This document shows, in pieces, positions 1 to 10,449 of a DNA stretch of 64,000 nucleotides (the first letter of the stretch is position 1; every line of letters starts with the position of its first letter). The stretch is from the NCBI GenBank assembly GCA_963754925.1, contig CAVWHX010000007.1, positions 256,001 to 320,000 of the forward strand. Reading direction: 5' to 3'. The notes under the pieces are model-generated. The model saw nothing but the letters and a program-made list of their open reading frames with translations, did not search any database and was not told the DNA's origin. This DNA comes from an uncultured delta proteobacterium. GTDB taxonomy: Bacteria; Myxococcota; B64-G9. The position numbers and the translations under genes are program-made.

Positions 1-244
1 TGAATTCCCGGCTAATAAGCCTGCTCACTTGAAGATAGATCCTTTGCCTGACGACTATCCCTTAAAGATCGACATATCCAAGGACGGGGTTTCTCTTCCA
101 ATAATATATAACAAAAACGGCACGGGATACGGCTTCCAAACCAAGAGTGCTGGCCGTTATGAAATCCATGTGACCGAACCATTGGATAAGCGCGAGCGGC
201 CCGACAAGTATACTTTTGATACTTGGTGGGATGATTTTCTGTAA
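1..244 (+). CDS. Hypothetical protein, 3' part (frame open from the window edge)
   Basis: The frame is open from position 2 to TAA at 242-244, and the ORF is co-oriented with the next gene. Confidence 0.55.
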   Translation, partial: EFPANKPAHLKIDPLPDDYPLKIDISKDGVSLPIIYNKNGTGYGFQTKSAGRYEIHVTEPLDKRERPDKYTFDTWWDDFL

Positions 245-318
245 TCCTGGCTAGGATCCAGGATTACGATTGAGCAGTAACTAAATTAGAAACAAATGTT
301 ATTAAGGAGTCAATAACA

Positions 319-2437
319 ATGGTGGCCGAGCTCTTTGGATGGTTTCCGGATAAAGTGATCTATGGTTGTTTAAACAAAACCACCGATTACACCGACGTCG
401 ATGAAATAAATTACTTCTATGATCCTAACAAGGTTTCAAGCAATGCGCGAAGCAGCACGCTTCAAGTGGCAAAAAACTCTGGGGCAAAGTATTCAAGCCC
501 TTCGGGTGGCGCATGCCTTTACATGGATGTGGGTTGCTGGGCAGGCAATGGCCCGGACAATGATGCAAACCACCCGCGGCACCGGGAGTTTGGCATTGTG
601 TTCGCTAACATAGCAATATTGTGTAGATATCCTGACCAGAAAAGGAAACCGTTCGATCCTAACACCAAAAGTATAAAAGTCGAGGTGAGGAATCAAAAGC
701 TCCCAAATGGCAAGCTGATTTGGAAGGAGATTCTCGTCCCTTTTCTCGAACACCTTTCTATATCCTCGGACCTCGGCGCCGTCGAAGTAATCAAGGGTCT
801 GGCTGTCAACGATTTCAGGCTCTCCGGGACACCGAAGCCGGATCTCGACTACCAAACACTTCACGTATTTCTCGGCGATCTCCACCTTCCCATGATGACG
901 GACCCGGCAAATACGCAGCTTCACGGGTTTCGCTGTGGAAGGCTCGATATCAACCTCAATGTTTTGGCTATGACTAAAGAGTTCGATAAGCTCATGGGCC
1001 TTTGTGGTGGTATTCCCACCATTGCCGGCGCGGCATGTGTCGCATATTTTCTCAGCAAGCTCCGCCGTATCGAAACCCTTGAGGCATGGTATGGTCCGGC
1101 CAGCGACGGTCCGATTGACAAAAAGGAGGCGGACGATTGGTATAGATATTATCGCGGCATACAAGGCAAAAAGAAAGGCGCGGACATATTTCAGGAAGCG
1201 CACAAGGATCTTTTTCACTGGCTGAGTCTCCTTAATGGTTACCCTGCTCGGTCCAATGGGCTCAGGAACGGAATATCACTGGTTCAATGCGGCGATATGT
1301 TCGATTTCTGGATTGGTCTTAAGTGCGGTTTTGGCCCAAATGTTTCACTCCATGATGGTGTGCAGAATTGGGTGACATTCTGGAGGAATCAAGTCTTAGC
1401 TTATACTCCCGCTGGCTCGCCGGTCTTGTTACTGGAAGCTTTGCCCAGGAACGGTTTCAATATCACCTTGGTGCATGGGAATCACGATAACTACCTGAGG
1501 GGGCGTGAGAAGAGAGTGGCCGCCTATGGCGATGACCGTCAGAGCCTTGTTTGGGCGGAACACGGCCACGCTTCGGACAGTCGGAATTGCGATGACGACC
1601 CTCAGAGTGGCTGGGCCATCACGCAGCTCGCATTTATCTTGCCATGGGTGAGAAAGGTGGAATCTCCTTTAATCACGCTACTAACAAAATTTGAAAAGGA
1701 TCTTCCCGTACCCGCCTGGGCCCGCGCTCCCGGAGAACGGCTGGAGCGGATGGCTCACGGGGCCGACGTGTGTCTCACGAGGAACAAGTTGATTTACGTA
1801 ATGGCGCACACTCACGAGCCGCACCTGAAACGCGTTATTATTCAGCCTGAGGACAAACGCGAGGTGTTGATGCAGAATATATCAATTATCTTCTGTAGGC
1901 GTGATCAGTTGAATGAGATCAAGGCACTAGCTTCGGCTTTGGAGCAGGCCGTCGATGCAGAGGAGCAAATGCGAAAGCGGTTAGGTACAACTATTGGTGA
2001 TTCAGTTCATAATATGGTCCAATTTCAAGAAGCAATACTACAAGAGGAATGGAAAATGGCGCAGGCGTTCGCAAGATTATGCGGGAAAGCGGCTGATCGA
2101 ACGTATGTTGAAATTATCATGGACTATCGGATCGCCAAGCAGCGCGGGAAGATTGAGTGGGAGGCTCTTTAAAACTGAGGCAAAGAGGGTAAAGGGAAAA
2201 GTTTTGGAAAGCGCTGAGATGGCGGAGTTGGCCGTTGAGTTGTATTGGAACCTAGTGAAGGCGGAATTAAAATCAATTCAGCGGGCCGGACAACAATTGG
2301 AAAACGATCTGGAAAGGGTGGAGAAAAAGATAGAAGAGTTACCAAGTGATTTTCGTAAAAAGTTTGGAGAATTTATGCAAAAGCTTGGAGATGATATCAA
2401 GCAAATGAGTGATGATATGGGTCCAGGGATACTATAG
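319..2437 (+). CDS. Calcineurin-like metallophosphoesterase with C-terminal coiled coil, frameshifted at ~2170; candidate secreted effector
   Basis: AAGGAG RBS; ordered motifs GDLH, GDMFD, GNHD, EHGH, AHTH. GAG GCT CTT (T)AAA ACT GAG: one extra T creates TAA, and the helical tail continues in ORF 1994..2437. Confidence 0.7.
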
Positions 2438-2520
2438 TAGTTATAGTGTTGTTGATCAAAAACGTATTGCGAGCATCAGGTTGAGATTCCATACAAAACC
2501 ATAGGAGCGAAGGAGACAGG

Positions 2521-2910
2521 ATGAGCGATGTGGTCACCAACGGCGCAACGCTTCAGTGTTCGCAGGGAACGGCGCCGAGCACGTTGACGGTGCTGCCGAA
2601 TAACAACGTTGATGGTGAAAACCAACCGGCGGCCACAATCAATGATTATCAGCCCAACGTAAACATTATGCCGTTTGGCATGTGCATTACTCTAGCCAAC
2701 CCCCAGGTGGCGGCGGCCACGGCGGCGGCTCTGGGGGTGTTAACACCACAGCCCTGCATACCAATGACCACGGCGCCCTGGACGCCCGGGTCGTCCACGG
2801 TAATGGCCGCCAATCAATGTTTGCTGACGAACGACTCAACATGCAACTGCCAGTGGACCGGGGTGATCGAGATCAAGGCAGCCGGACAAACAACGAACGA
2901 GACAAGTTAG
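2521..2910 (+). CDS. DUF4280 (PAAR-like) protein
   Basis: Typical DUF4280 motifs GATLQCSQG, NIMPFGMC, NPQVAAATAAALGVLTPQPCIP, PWTPGS, CNCQWTGVI; AAGGAG RBS. Confidence 0.9.
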   Translation: MSDVVTNGATLQCSQGTAPSTLTVLPNNNVDGENQPAATINDYQPNVNIMPFGMCITLANPQVAAATAAALGVLTPQPCIPMTTAPWTPGSSTVMAANQCLLTNDSTCNCQWTGVIEIKAAGQTTNETS

Positions 2911-2942
2911 CTCGGAACACAGCACGAGAGATCCCTGACGGC

Positions 2943-3002
2943 TCACCAAAAATCCCATTGAAATTGCTACCGATTCGTCGGCCTTGGTGCTGATATTTTA
3001 GT
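2943..3002 (+). repeat. 60-bp direct repeat, copy 1
   Basis: TCACCAAAAATCCCATTGAAATTGCTACCGATTCGTCGGCCTTGGTGCTGATATTTTAGT; 3 mismatches to 6325-6384. Confidence 0.9.
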
Positions 3003-3134
3003 TTCACAAATGAAAGAGCCCATTTTTCGTTTCCAAAAGTCGCCGAACCTTATCCTATGTTCCTTTGCCGGTCGCCACGAGATGTGCTATACATTCTTGG
3101 CCGCTTTACGAAGATTAAACGTTTGGGAAAAGAC

Positions 3135-3476
3135 ATGAGAATTATTTCCAATGCAATTTCAATGGCAGATCTAACGGTAATGGCCAAAGCGCGATTTGGG
3201 GATCTCGTGAAAGCGGTGGTTGATGTTGAACGCGAACTCATGGCTGTTGATGGAGAACTTCACTCTGATGAAGAGGCTCTTCTTCTTGAGAATGGGTCGC
3301 TCCAAAGAAATTTATGGGGCATTAATATTTATCCCGAGATCGAAAAAGACTGGATCGAGTTTGATTCAATAATAAACATACGTCCGTCTCAAAACAACCG
3401 TTCGCGAGGGGTGGATGATGCCGCCATTCGGGAAAAGATAATCAACGTTGTACTGAAACTGGTAAGGAAGCAATGA
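3135..3476 (+). CDS. DUF5674-like protein
   Basis: VKAVVDVER..GELHSDEE..LLENGS..NLWGINIYP..IEFDSIINIRPSQNNRSRGV; the ATG at 3135 is the likely start. Confidence 0.75.
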   Translation: MRIISNAISMADLTVMAKARFGDLVKAVVDVERELMAVDGELHSDEEALLLENGSLQRNLWGINIYPEIEKDWIEFDSIINIRPSQNNRSRGVDDAAIREKIINVVLKLVRKQ

Positions 3477-3811
3477 GTTATCAACATCAATCCTTGGCAT
3501 CAGGCCGGTGGTACGCTTTTTCCTTGATGGAACAGATGGCCAACATCGGAAGCGAAGTGGAGCGGACGATACGATGGCGTCAGAAAAATAATCTTGAATA
3601 TAGCGCCAAGGCATTCGATCGCGCTTTAGAGCTTCTGGAATTAACGATTTCCGACCCGAGACACCAACATCGTCTCAGAGAGTTAACACGTTTAAGGGAA
3701 ACCCTCTTAGATTATTTCGTTGGCGACAACCAGTTTCATGCTACCGATGATAATTGGAAAAAGTATTTTTATGCCTTTAGCTTTGCCGCGAGCCTTGAAA
3801 AGGGAAGGTAA
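3473..3811 (+). CDS. Conserved hypothetical helical protein, translationally coupled to the DUF5674 gene
   Basis: 4-nt overlap with the upstream ORF (3473-3476); motif GRW..SLMEQMANIGSEVER. Confidence 0.75.
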   Translation: MSYQHQSLASGRWYAFSLMEQMANIGSEVERTIRWRQKNNLEYSAKAFDRALELLELTISDPRHQHRLRELTRLRETLLDYFVGDNQFHATDDNWKKYFYAFSFAASLEKGR

Positions 3812-4305
3812 TCTTTTCGATACAGAGGATAAAGGGGTCAGACCGGCACCTGATACTTATGTTCCTTCTCTCGAAAGCCAGTTCTTCACTTTATAAGAAC
3901 GCACCGGTATAAGCCAACGGAGGCGGAAAGCAGTGAGCAGGAAACCTCACATTGCGTTCTCCACGACGTAATCGCTCAGCGGCAGATGGACCCTGTGGCA
4001 TGCCATTATACATAACTGCTCAAATGATAAAGTAATTTTGTCAGTAACTAACGAAAACGACCATAATGGAAATCTACCACACTAACGATTCAAGTGTCTG
4101 AAGATCGGACAGTTGGAAAAATAAGCGGGTGGCTCCTAATTGGCTCCTAATTGGGTTGACTAGTGGCAGGGGCTTCCTCTCCTTGAAGAAAAAATCGATG
4201 TGAGGGCAATCCAGGTACTGTCCGAGAGACAAGCGTATCGGATAACTAATTGATTTAATGATAAATATGTGATAAAGGCAGCACCAGCGAGAGAGGGATT
4301 CTCTA

Positions 4306-5989
4306 TTACTTTGTCTTCACAAGGCGAAAACCTATAAAGCTCACTCTGTTGCTCGGGAGGTAGTAAATCACGTCGCCAACTTGTAGGTGGAATGCAACGT
4401 CGTCCCAGCTTCCTCCGCGAACCACGCGGCCGGAGCCGTTTGACCAATCAAAGCACCACTCCCAAACATTACCGTTCATGTCATAGATGCCAAGGGTGTT
4501 GACCTGCTTTGTTGCCACATCATGCGTTGTAATATTAGAGTTTCCAGAATACCATGCATAATTCCCAAAAACTGTAGAAGTACCGCTATCGGCAGGATAA
4601 CAATAACTGCTCGTATCTCCACTGGCATGATTTCCCTTTGTCCAGTATATGCCGCTACCAGAAGGCATTTCTAGCGCATTTGTGGCGTTGCTTCCTTGGT
4701 ACCTAGCAGCACACTCCCATTCTATACTCCCCGGCAGTTGGAACCCATTGGCACCGGAATTGACATAAGGATTGTCTTCAGTACCCAAAACAGTGGTAAT
4801 AGTAGTGCTATTATCCACGCTCCGGATAGGAGTGGTATAACCGGCATCAGTATAATACACCGGTGAAAGCCCCGCCAACTCGCTGGCTGCATTAGACCAC
4901 ACCATGGCGTCCCGCCAGTTGATGGTGGTTACGGGGTTCTGGTTTGTACCTATCGGACCAGTATTGAGATCGCCACCCTGCCTACCTGGATTGGCAAATG
5001 TATAGCCGTTTGACGTTGCCCAGGTGTATACGGCACTCCACAACTCATAGGTCACATCGGTCTCACCCATCCAGAATGCGGTCACCGTTTGGTTGCCCCC
5101 CAGATCATTGGTGCCAGTAGGAAACGTACCTCCCGGTACATAGATCATATTAAACTTGACGTCTTCAATGGAATAAGGGCAGCATCCACCACCGCTCACA
5201 CAGGTTGTAATCGGCGTGTTCACGCACGCTGCCGTGCAGGTGCCGGCGTTTTGAAGCGTCGAGGTGGTGCAGACGTTAGGAGCCGTACAGCTCGTTGGGC
5301 ACGCGCCTGCTAGACCAGCGGCGATTGTGATGTCACAGGTCTCGCCAACCGACACCACTCCGTCGCCGCACGTCACAGGACAATCGCTGTCGGTGAGAAT
5401 GTTGCAACCGGTTGGGCAGCAACCGTCGTCGTTTATACAGGTTTGCGGACATTCATTTATCGCGATAGGGTGCGAAAATGGGTAACCGACGTCATCGAGT
5501 CTGGTCGTATCCTTGCCGTGCCTGGTGTTATCCATCACCGTGACTTTAATCGAGAGCGTCTCGTTATCTTCAGTTGGTTGGCTTGGAACCGACACAACAT
5601 TATTCTCCACGCGGTTCGTTAGATAGGCTTTGCTGCTGTCATTTGCGTCCGTTTTAAAGGTCAGCCAACTCAACTTTCCTCCCGTATCATTGACGATTGT
5701 AAAATCTCCCCACGTGTACGGAGGGATACCCCCACTTGCATCCAGCTCAACACTATAATTATTTTGCCCCACATTCGGATCTTTCCAACCTCCGGGGGAA
5801 GTTATAGTTATTGTTAAAGGTGTTACCACCACACACTTGCCACAGGTATCCATAGAACAGGAGTGTAGGCCCTCGGAAGTGGTCAGACACTGGTCGTTGC
5901 TCGTACAACAATAATTATCACTAGTAGAGCAGCCTGCTCCACCTAAAAGCATAATCACCATCATAGAACCTGCTAATATATGGTTTCTC
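4306..5989 (-). CDS. Lipoprotein with Cys-rich region and C-terminal FGE-sulfatase (CLec-fold) domain
   Basis: Lipobox GAGC; CC-P.GC repeats; ETDVTYELW, PVTTINWRDAM, EWECAAR, N.LGIYDMNGNVWEWC.D, RVVRGGSW, IGFRLV. Confidence 0.9.
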
Positions 5990-6324
5990 ATAGACTTTCC
6001 TCCACAGAAGCGCATACCAACGTTTTAGATCGTCAAAAACCAGCATATTTTGTAATATTATTAATACTTTCTTCACTATGATAAATCAAGACGTATCACT
6101 CAGCTTGATCACCATGGTGTACCGTTTGACCTCGGCAGTTGATTCACGATCCTCCAGGATTTGTTTTTCGAATCGTTTCACCTGCCCGTTGTCCTTTATG
6201 ATGCAACTCTCACGTGGCCAGGACGTCGACCCAATCACCGGGTTGGCCGGGATCGTTGCGAGGCTTTTAATGCTTCGGCCGGGAGAGGCAACTGAATGGT
6301 TGACAGATCCATTCAAACCAATAG

Positions 6325-6384
6325 TCACCAAAAATCTCATTGAAATTGCTGCCGATTCGTCGGCCTTGGTGATGATATTTTAGT
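6325..6384 (+). repeat. 60-bp direct repeat, copy 2
   Basis: TCACCAAAAATCTCATTGAAATTGCTGCCGATTCGTCGGCCTTGGTGATGATATTTTAGT. Confidence 0.9.
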
Positions 6385-6779
6385 ATAACTACTCGTAAAA
6401 ATTGATTAAGTACTCAGATTCAGGGTCTCGTGGGTGCACGCTTGAGCAACCACCTCACCATGTTGGTCTTATGCTTTTCGCAGCCACCAAGATTGGCGGC
6501 CGCGTGTATTACATGTTAAACTTCTTGTGATAGCGAACCGGCAACCGATCTTTCGGAGTAACAAGGACCCTTGAAAGCAAAAAACCGCATCAACAACTCA
6601 CCGAAAAGTTCTCGAAGCAATGTGTCGTCAATTCCATGGGTAGAGCTCGGACCGGCGCGGCAATAACCACCAGACACCTGGAGGGCTTCCCGTGAATGGA
6701 GGAAACCGGATTCAGCTGCTGAGGCACCACACGAAATATGTATGTCTGGTATTGGGCCTGTCGTGTAGGGTTGGAAAAA

Positions 6780-7271
6780 GCTCAACCGGAAAGACCTGCG
6801 ATGGCGGCGATTGCCACTACCTGGTAATGGACATCCCCAATCGCCAACGGACACATCGATCACGCAATTCGGTTCATTCTTCCCAACTCGCGCATTCAGA
6901 ACAAACAGTACGTCAGACACGCCACACACGGGACAGGCGGATCGACCTGGGCGCAGAGTAACGGCGTGCCCTACGGGGCCCGCTTCAGGCTGAAATCCTC
7001 CTTCGACGCCTCAACACTGTCGACGGGGGCTCAGGTGGTTGTCGCCGCGCTTAAGAAGTACGGGATGATTCTATCAGATGGCGGCACTATTGCGCTCACC
7101 GCCAAGAGCGACCAATTCTCAACGACCAAGTGGACCAATCTGGGGTCGCATGATCTGAGTTCGCTCCAACCGACGGATTTTGAGATGGTCGAGGCCACCT
7201 ATGGCACGGATCAGGTCAGCTCCGCGCAACGGTTTAATTTCACCAGTTACGATTGCGTGCGCAATCCGTAA
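6780..7271 (+). pseudogene. Remnant of a secreted protein (CDGGDCH..IDHAIRF..PYGARFRLK..LKKYGMILSDGG type) with an internal deletion
   Basis: Protein-like segments lie in two frames that join at ~6850. There is no intact N-terminus. Confidence 0.6.
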
Positions 7272-7358
7272 ACTTGTGGGGAGGGACCGTACCTTCTAAC
7301 GGTCGGCCCGACAGAAGAATGACCCATGTATCCCTGAATATTACCAAGGTTAATCGAT

Positions 7359-8517
7359 TCAGAAAGACGTATGTTGTGTATACATGCACACGATGCCGCT
7401 CTGTCCGTTAATCTCCGCTTTGGTTAATTCGCCACCGATTACCCTTTAAGGAAGCCGATGATATCACCGCCTACTTCCTTGATCGTGCGACCTTCGAGCA
7501 CTGTACCGGCGTTAATATCCATATCGTCTTTCATGTTCTCGAACAATACGCTGTTGCTGGCGACTTTGATGACCGGTACGACCGGATAGCCGAGGGGTTG
7601 ACCGCGTCCCGTCGTGAACAGGATCGCTTGGGCACCGGAGGCAGCCACACCCGTCATCGACTCGGTGTCGTAACCCGGACCGTTCATTATTACGACGCCT
7701 TTTTGTGAAGGTATCTCGCCGTATTCCACCACTTGAGTAATCACCTTGCAGCCTGCCTTCACGATGCACCCGAGCGATTTCTCCCGTATGGAACTCATGC
7801 CTCCGTCCATATTTCCGGGTGAAATCGACAGTTGTGCAAACGAGCCCAACAATTTCTGCGCGGTCGCGTCGGTTTCGGAAATAATCTTGTCTATCTGAAG
7901 CGCCACCTCTTCGTTCGCGGCTCTCCGCTTAAGGATATGGTTTGTGCCGATCATTTCCGTTGTCTCCGTAAGAATAACGGTGCCTCCGTTATCAACTATC
8001 CAGTCCGATGCGATGCCAACTGAAGGATTCGCCGTTATTCCTGAGAAAGCATCGGATCCTCCGCATTCGAGCCCCACCGTAATCATGCCCAACGGCACGG
8101 TCGTTTGCTGCAATTGCCGAACCTCGATTAAGAATTTTTAACAATACTGATGCCTTTTTCCGCTGTCTTCCTGGTCCCACCTTCTTTCTGGATGATCAGG
8201 GAGTTAACTGGTTTTTTTGCGAGCGAGGCGACCATTTCCAATCCTTCAGTATTGATAAACTCGCATCCAAGCCCGATTATCAGCATTGCCGCGATATTCG
8301 GATTCTTTGCCAGATTCTGCAGGGTTTTTATGTGGAGCACGAGGTCCGACCCCCCCCTTCCGCAGCCGTGTCCATGATAGAGAGGAGCGGCTTCAGGAAC
8401 CGCCCTGGCGATCAAACTAACAACACCGTTGGCGCACGATACCGTCGGTATCACCGCAACATGATTTCTTATACCGACCGATCCGTCAGCTCTTTGATAC
8501 GCATAAATTGTCTCCAT
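7359..8517 (-). pseudogene. UxaA/GarD/SuyB-family dehydratase (large subunit), with two frameshifts (~8135 and ~7441)
   Basis: GIRNHV..HGHGC..GLGCE, then GLECGGSDAFSGITANP..SPGN..GG..EKSLG..FTTGRG. The C-terminus LTKAEING..TSF* is in a shifted frame ending at 7359. Confidence 0.85.
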
Positions 8518-8524
8518 GAATCTG

Positions 8525-8788
8525 CTACTCCTCTATTGATATATTGTGAATGTGTACCCATTCCCCTTTCTTAAGTACTCCTTTCGCTTGGCCGATGGGT
8601 TCCCCGTACTTAATTATTTCCTGGCCGTCGGCGATATCCAGGCGCGCGACTTTATGACCGTAGGGAATATCGGCGAGAGCCGTAAAAGTTTCATCTCCGG
8701 GCAGAACTACCATATCGCCCTTTGCAATATTCTTGATCGCCACGACGACGTTATCCTTGCCATTGATTTCCATAGCATTTACTTCCAC
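8525..8788 (-). CDS. SAF-domain protein (UxaA/SuyA small subunit)
   Basis: DNVVVA..IPYGHKVA..IIKYGEPIG..GEWVHIHN. Confidence 0.9.
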   Translation of the reverse strand: MEVNAMEINGKDNVVVAIKNIAKGDMVVLPGDETFTALADIPYGHKVARLDIADGQEIIKYGEPIGQAKGVLKKGEWVHIHNISIEE

Positions 8789-8925
8789 GCTGTGCTCCTA
8801 AGTTTTTGCTCGTTGATAGATTTTATCGATGGATAGTAAGAATAAACCGCACATTCCCAAGAGGCAAGTTTATCGTAAGACCTTTCGGGCATCTCCTCCC
8901 AACCCATAACTTTTCGACTAACGTA

Positions 8926-9018
8926 TTCAAATATCCGGGATTGTGGGTTCACCAAGTTACGCTTATCGTGGTTTGGTTGACTTGTTTTTTTATCGTGGAT
9001 TCGTTTTGGTGAGGGGCA
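8926..9018 (+). repeat. ~240-bp repeat family, right-half copy
   Basis: ATCCGGGATTGTGGGTTCACCAAGTTACGC...TTTGGTTGACTTGTTTTTT...TTTTGGTGAGGGGCA. Confidence 0.9.
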
Positions 9019-9189
9019 GCAAACCTGTGTCCTCGACCCGGGAATTGGAGGCCGTGGGCTTGTAATCTACCGACTTTTGCACAGGTGCCCAGACGCAAAA
9101 AGTGGTTGCCAAGAGAGTGGCAGTGTGTCTATCTCCAATGAGTCCGGGCGACAATCCCTGTCCGTCCAACTTTTTAAGGAGAGATCTCC

Positions 9190-9678
9190 ATGAAGCTCAA
9201 AACATCTTTAACCCTTGGTTTGCTGTTCGTTTCGCTTTCCGCCTACTCAATCGTGCGCGCCGAGGAGCGGCGCGAAGAGCGCCGCAGCACGCCGGTTCGC
9301 GTGGCTGCGCCCCGCGCGGCCCCGCCTCGCTTCCAAGCCCACCCACCCGGAGTGCATCCGCACGGCCCGATCGTTCGACAGCATCCCGTCCGGGTGCTGG
9401 CCCCCCGGGTCGTGGTTCATGGGACTCGCCAGTGGGACCACTGGGAGCACCCGGAGTTCGGGCGCCCCGTCTACTACTGGGATTGGGCAATAATTCACTA
9501 CGTCACGTGCGTCGCCGAAGACTCCTACGGAGACCAGTACCCGGTCACCGAGGCTACAGTCCTTGGTTTCGGCCTCGACAACATGACGACCGTCGAGGAC
9601 GACGCCCTCGATCGGTGCTACGCTGAATCTGGCCAGGATTCGAGTTGTTTCCTGGCGACCTGCTCGCACTTCTTATAG
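9190..9678 (+). CDS. Secreted hypothetical protein (Pro/Arg-rich linker, Cys-containing C-terminus)
   Basis: AAGGAG RBS and signal peptide; lies between two repeat copies. Confidence 0.75.
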   Translation: MKLKTSLTLGLLFVSLSAYSIVRAEERREERRSTPVRVAAPRAAPPRFQAHPPGVHPHGPIVRQHPVRVLAPRVVVHGTRQWDHWEHPEFGRPVYYWDWAIIHYVTCVAEDSYGDQYPVTEATVLGFGLDNMTTVEDDALDRCYAESGQDSSCFLATCSHFL

Positions 9679-9748
9679 ACGCGAGTCCAGGTCAAGGGGA
9701 TGAGGCGGAAGAGGATTTTGCAGATATAGGCCGTCACACGAATTTCTC

Positions 9749-9843
9749 CTTTTCCAACATCCAGGATGGTGGGTTCACCAGTTTACGTTTACCGTGGCTT
9801 GGTTGAGTTGGTTATTGTCTTGGCGTTGGGTTGGGGAGAGGTA
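9749..9843 (+). repeat. ~240-bp repeat family, right-half copy
   Basis: CTTTTCCAACATCCAGGATGGTGGGTTCACCAGTTTACG...TTGGGGAGAGGTA. Confidence 0.85.
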
Positions 9844-9979
9844 AGAGCTAGAAAAGGTTCTTGCACAAACTTGGCGGTGTTGTTATTAATAAAATCAGGT
9901 TTTGGGGATCTTCATATAGACCGCTTGGTTGCGGTATGAAAGTCGATCATCGCGTACAAGTTTCATTGGAGGTTTCACT

Positions 9980-10261
9980 ATGAGAAGATCATTACGGATG
10001 TTAGGCGTTTGGGTAGTAATGACGGGATTGCTTTGGGGCGCCAGCGGAGCCCTGGCGCAAACCAATCAGGGTTCGGGCAAAGGTCAAGGTAGGCACGGGC
10101 CGCCACCGCAAGCCATTGAAGCGTGCAACGGCAAAACCGCAGGTGACCAATGCGAGTTCAAGGGTCGGAAGGGGGATATCTTGAAAGGTACGTGCTTCAC
10201 ACCGGATAAGGACAAACCACTCGCTTGCCGTCCCAATGACAGGCCTCCCCCCCAGCGGTAG
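9980..10261 (+). CDS. Small secreted Cys-containing protein (GPPPQAIEAC.GK..GD.C)
   Basis: GGAGG RBS and signal peptide (..ALA|Q). Confidence 0.75.
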   Translation: MRRSLRMLGVWVVMTGLLWGASGALAQTNQGSGKGQGRHGPPPQAIEACNGKTAGDQCEFKGRKGDILKGTCFTPDKDKPLACRPNDRPPPQR

Positions 10262-10312
10262 AGCCCAGGTGCGATATTCGGCGTTTCGGCTGTCCAATCA
10301 TTCGCTGACCTT

Positions 10313-10394
10313 TCAATCGCTAGATCTCGTCTGTATTGGAAATAAAACATTTTTCATATCACCTGCACTACCCTACTCCAGACTGAAATCTTGC
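10313..10394 (+). repeat. ~240-bp repeat family, left-part copy
   Basis: ATCTCGTC...TTGGAAATAAAACAT...CACCTGCACTACCCTACTCCAGACTGAAATCTTGC. Confidence 0.85.
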
Positions 10395-10449
10395 TCCAAA
10401 GGGCATAGGTGGTTTATTCTTACTATCTATATATTCGCTGGAGGAATCC

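Noticed and set aside
7275..7288. Additional repeat right-end fragment (another at ~18220-18260)
   Set aside because: Too short or degenerate to call without an HMM score.
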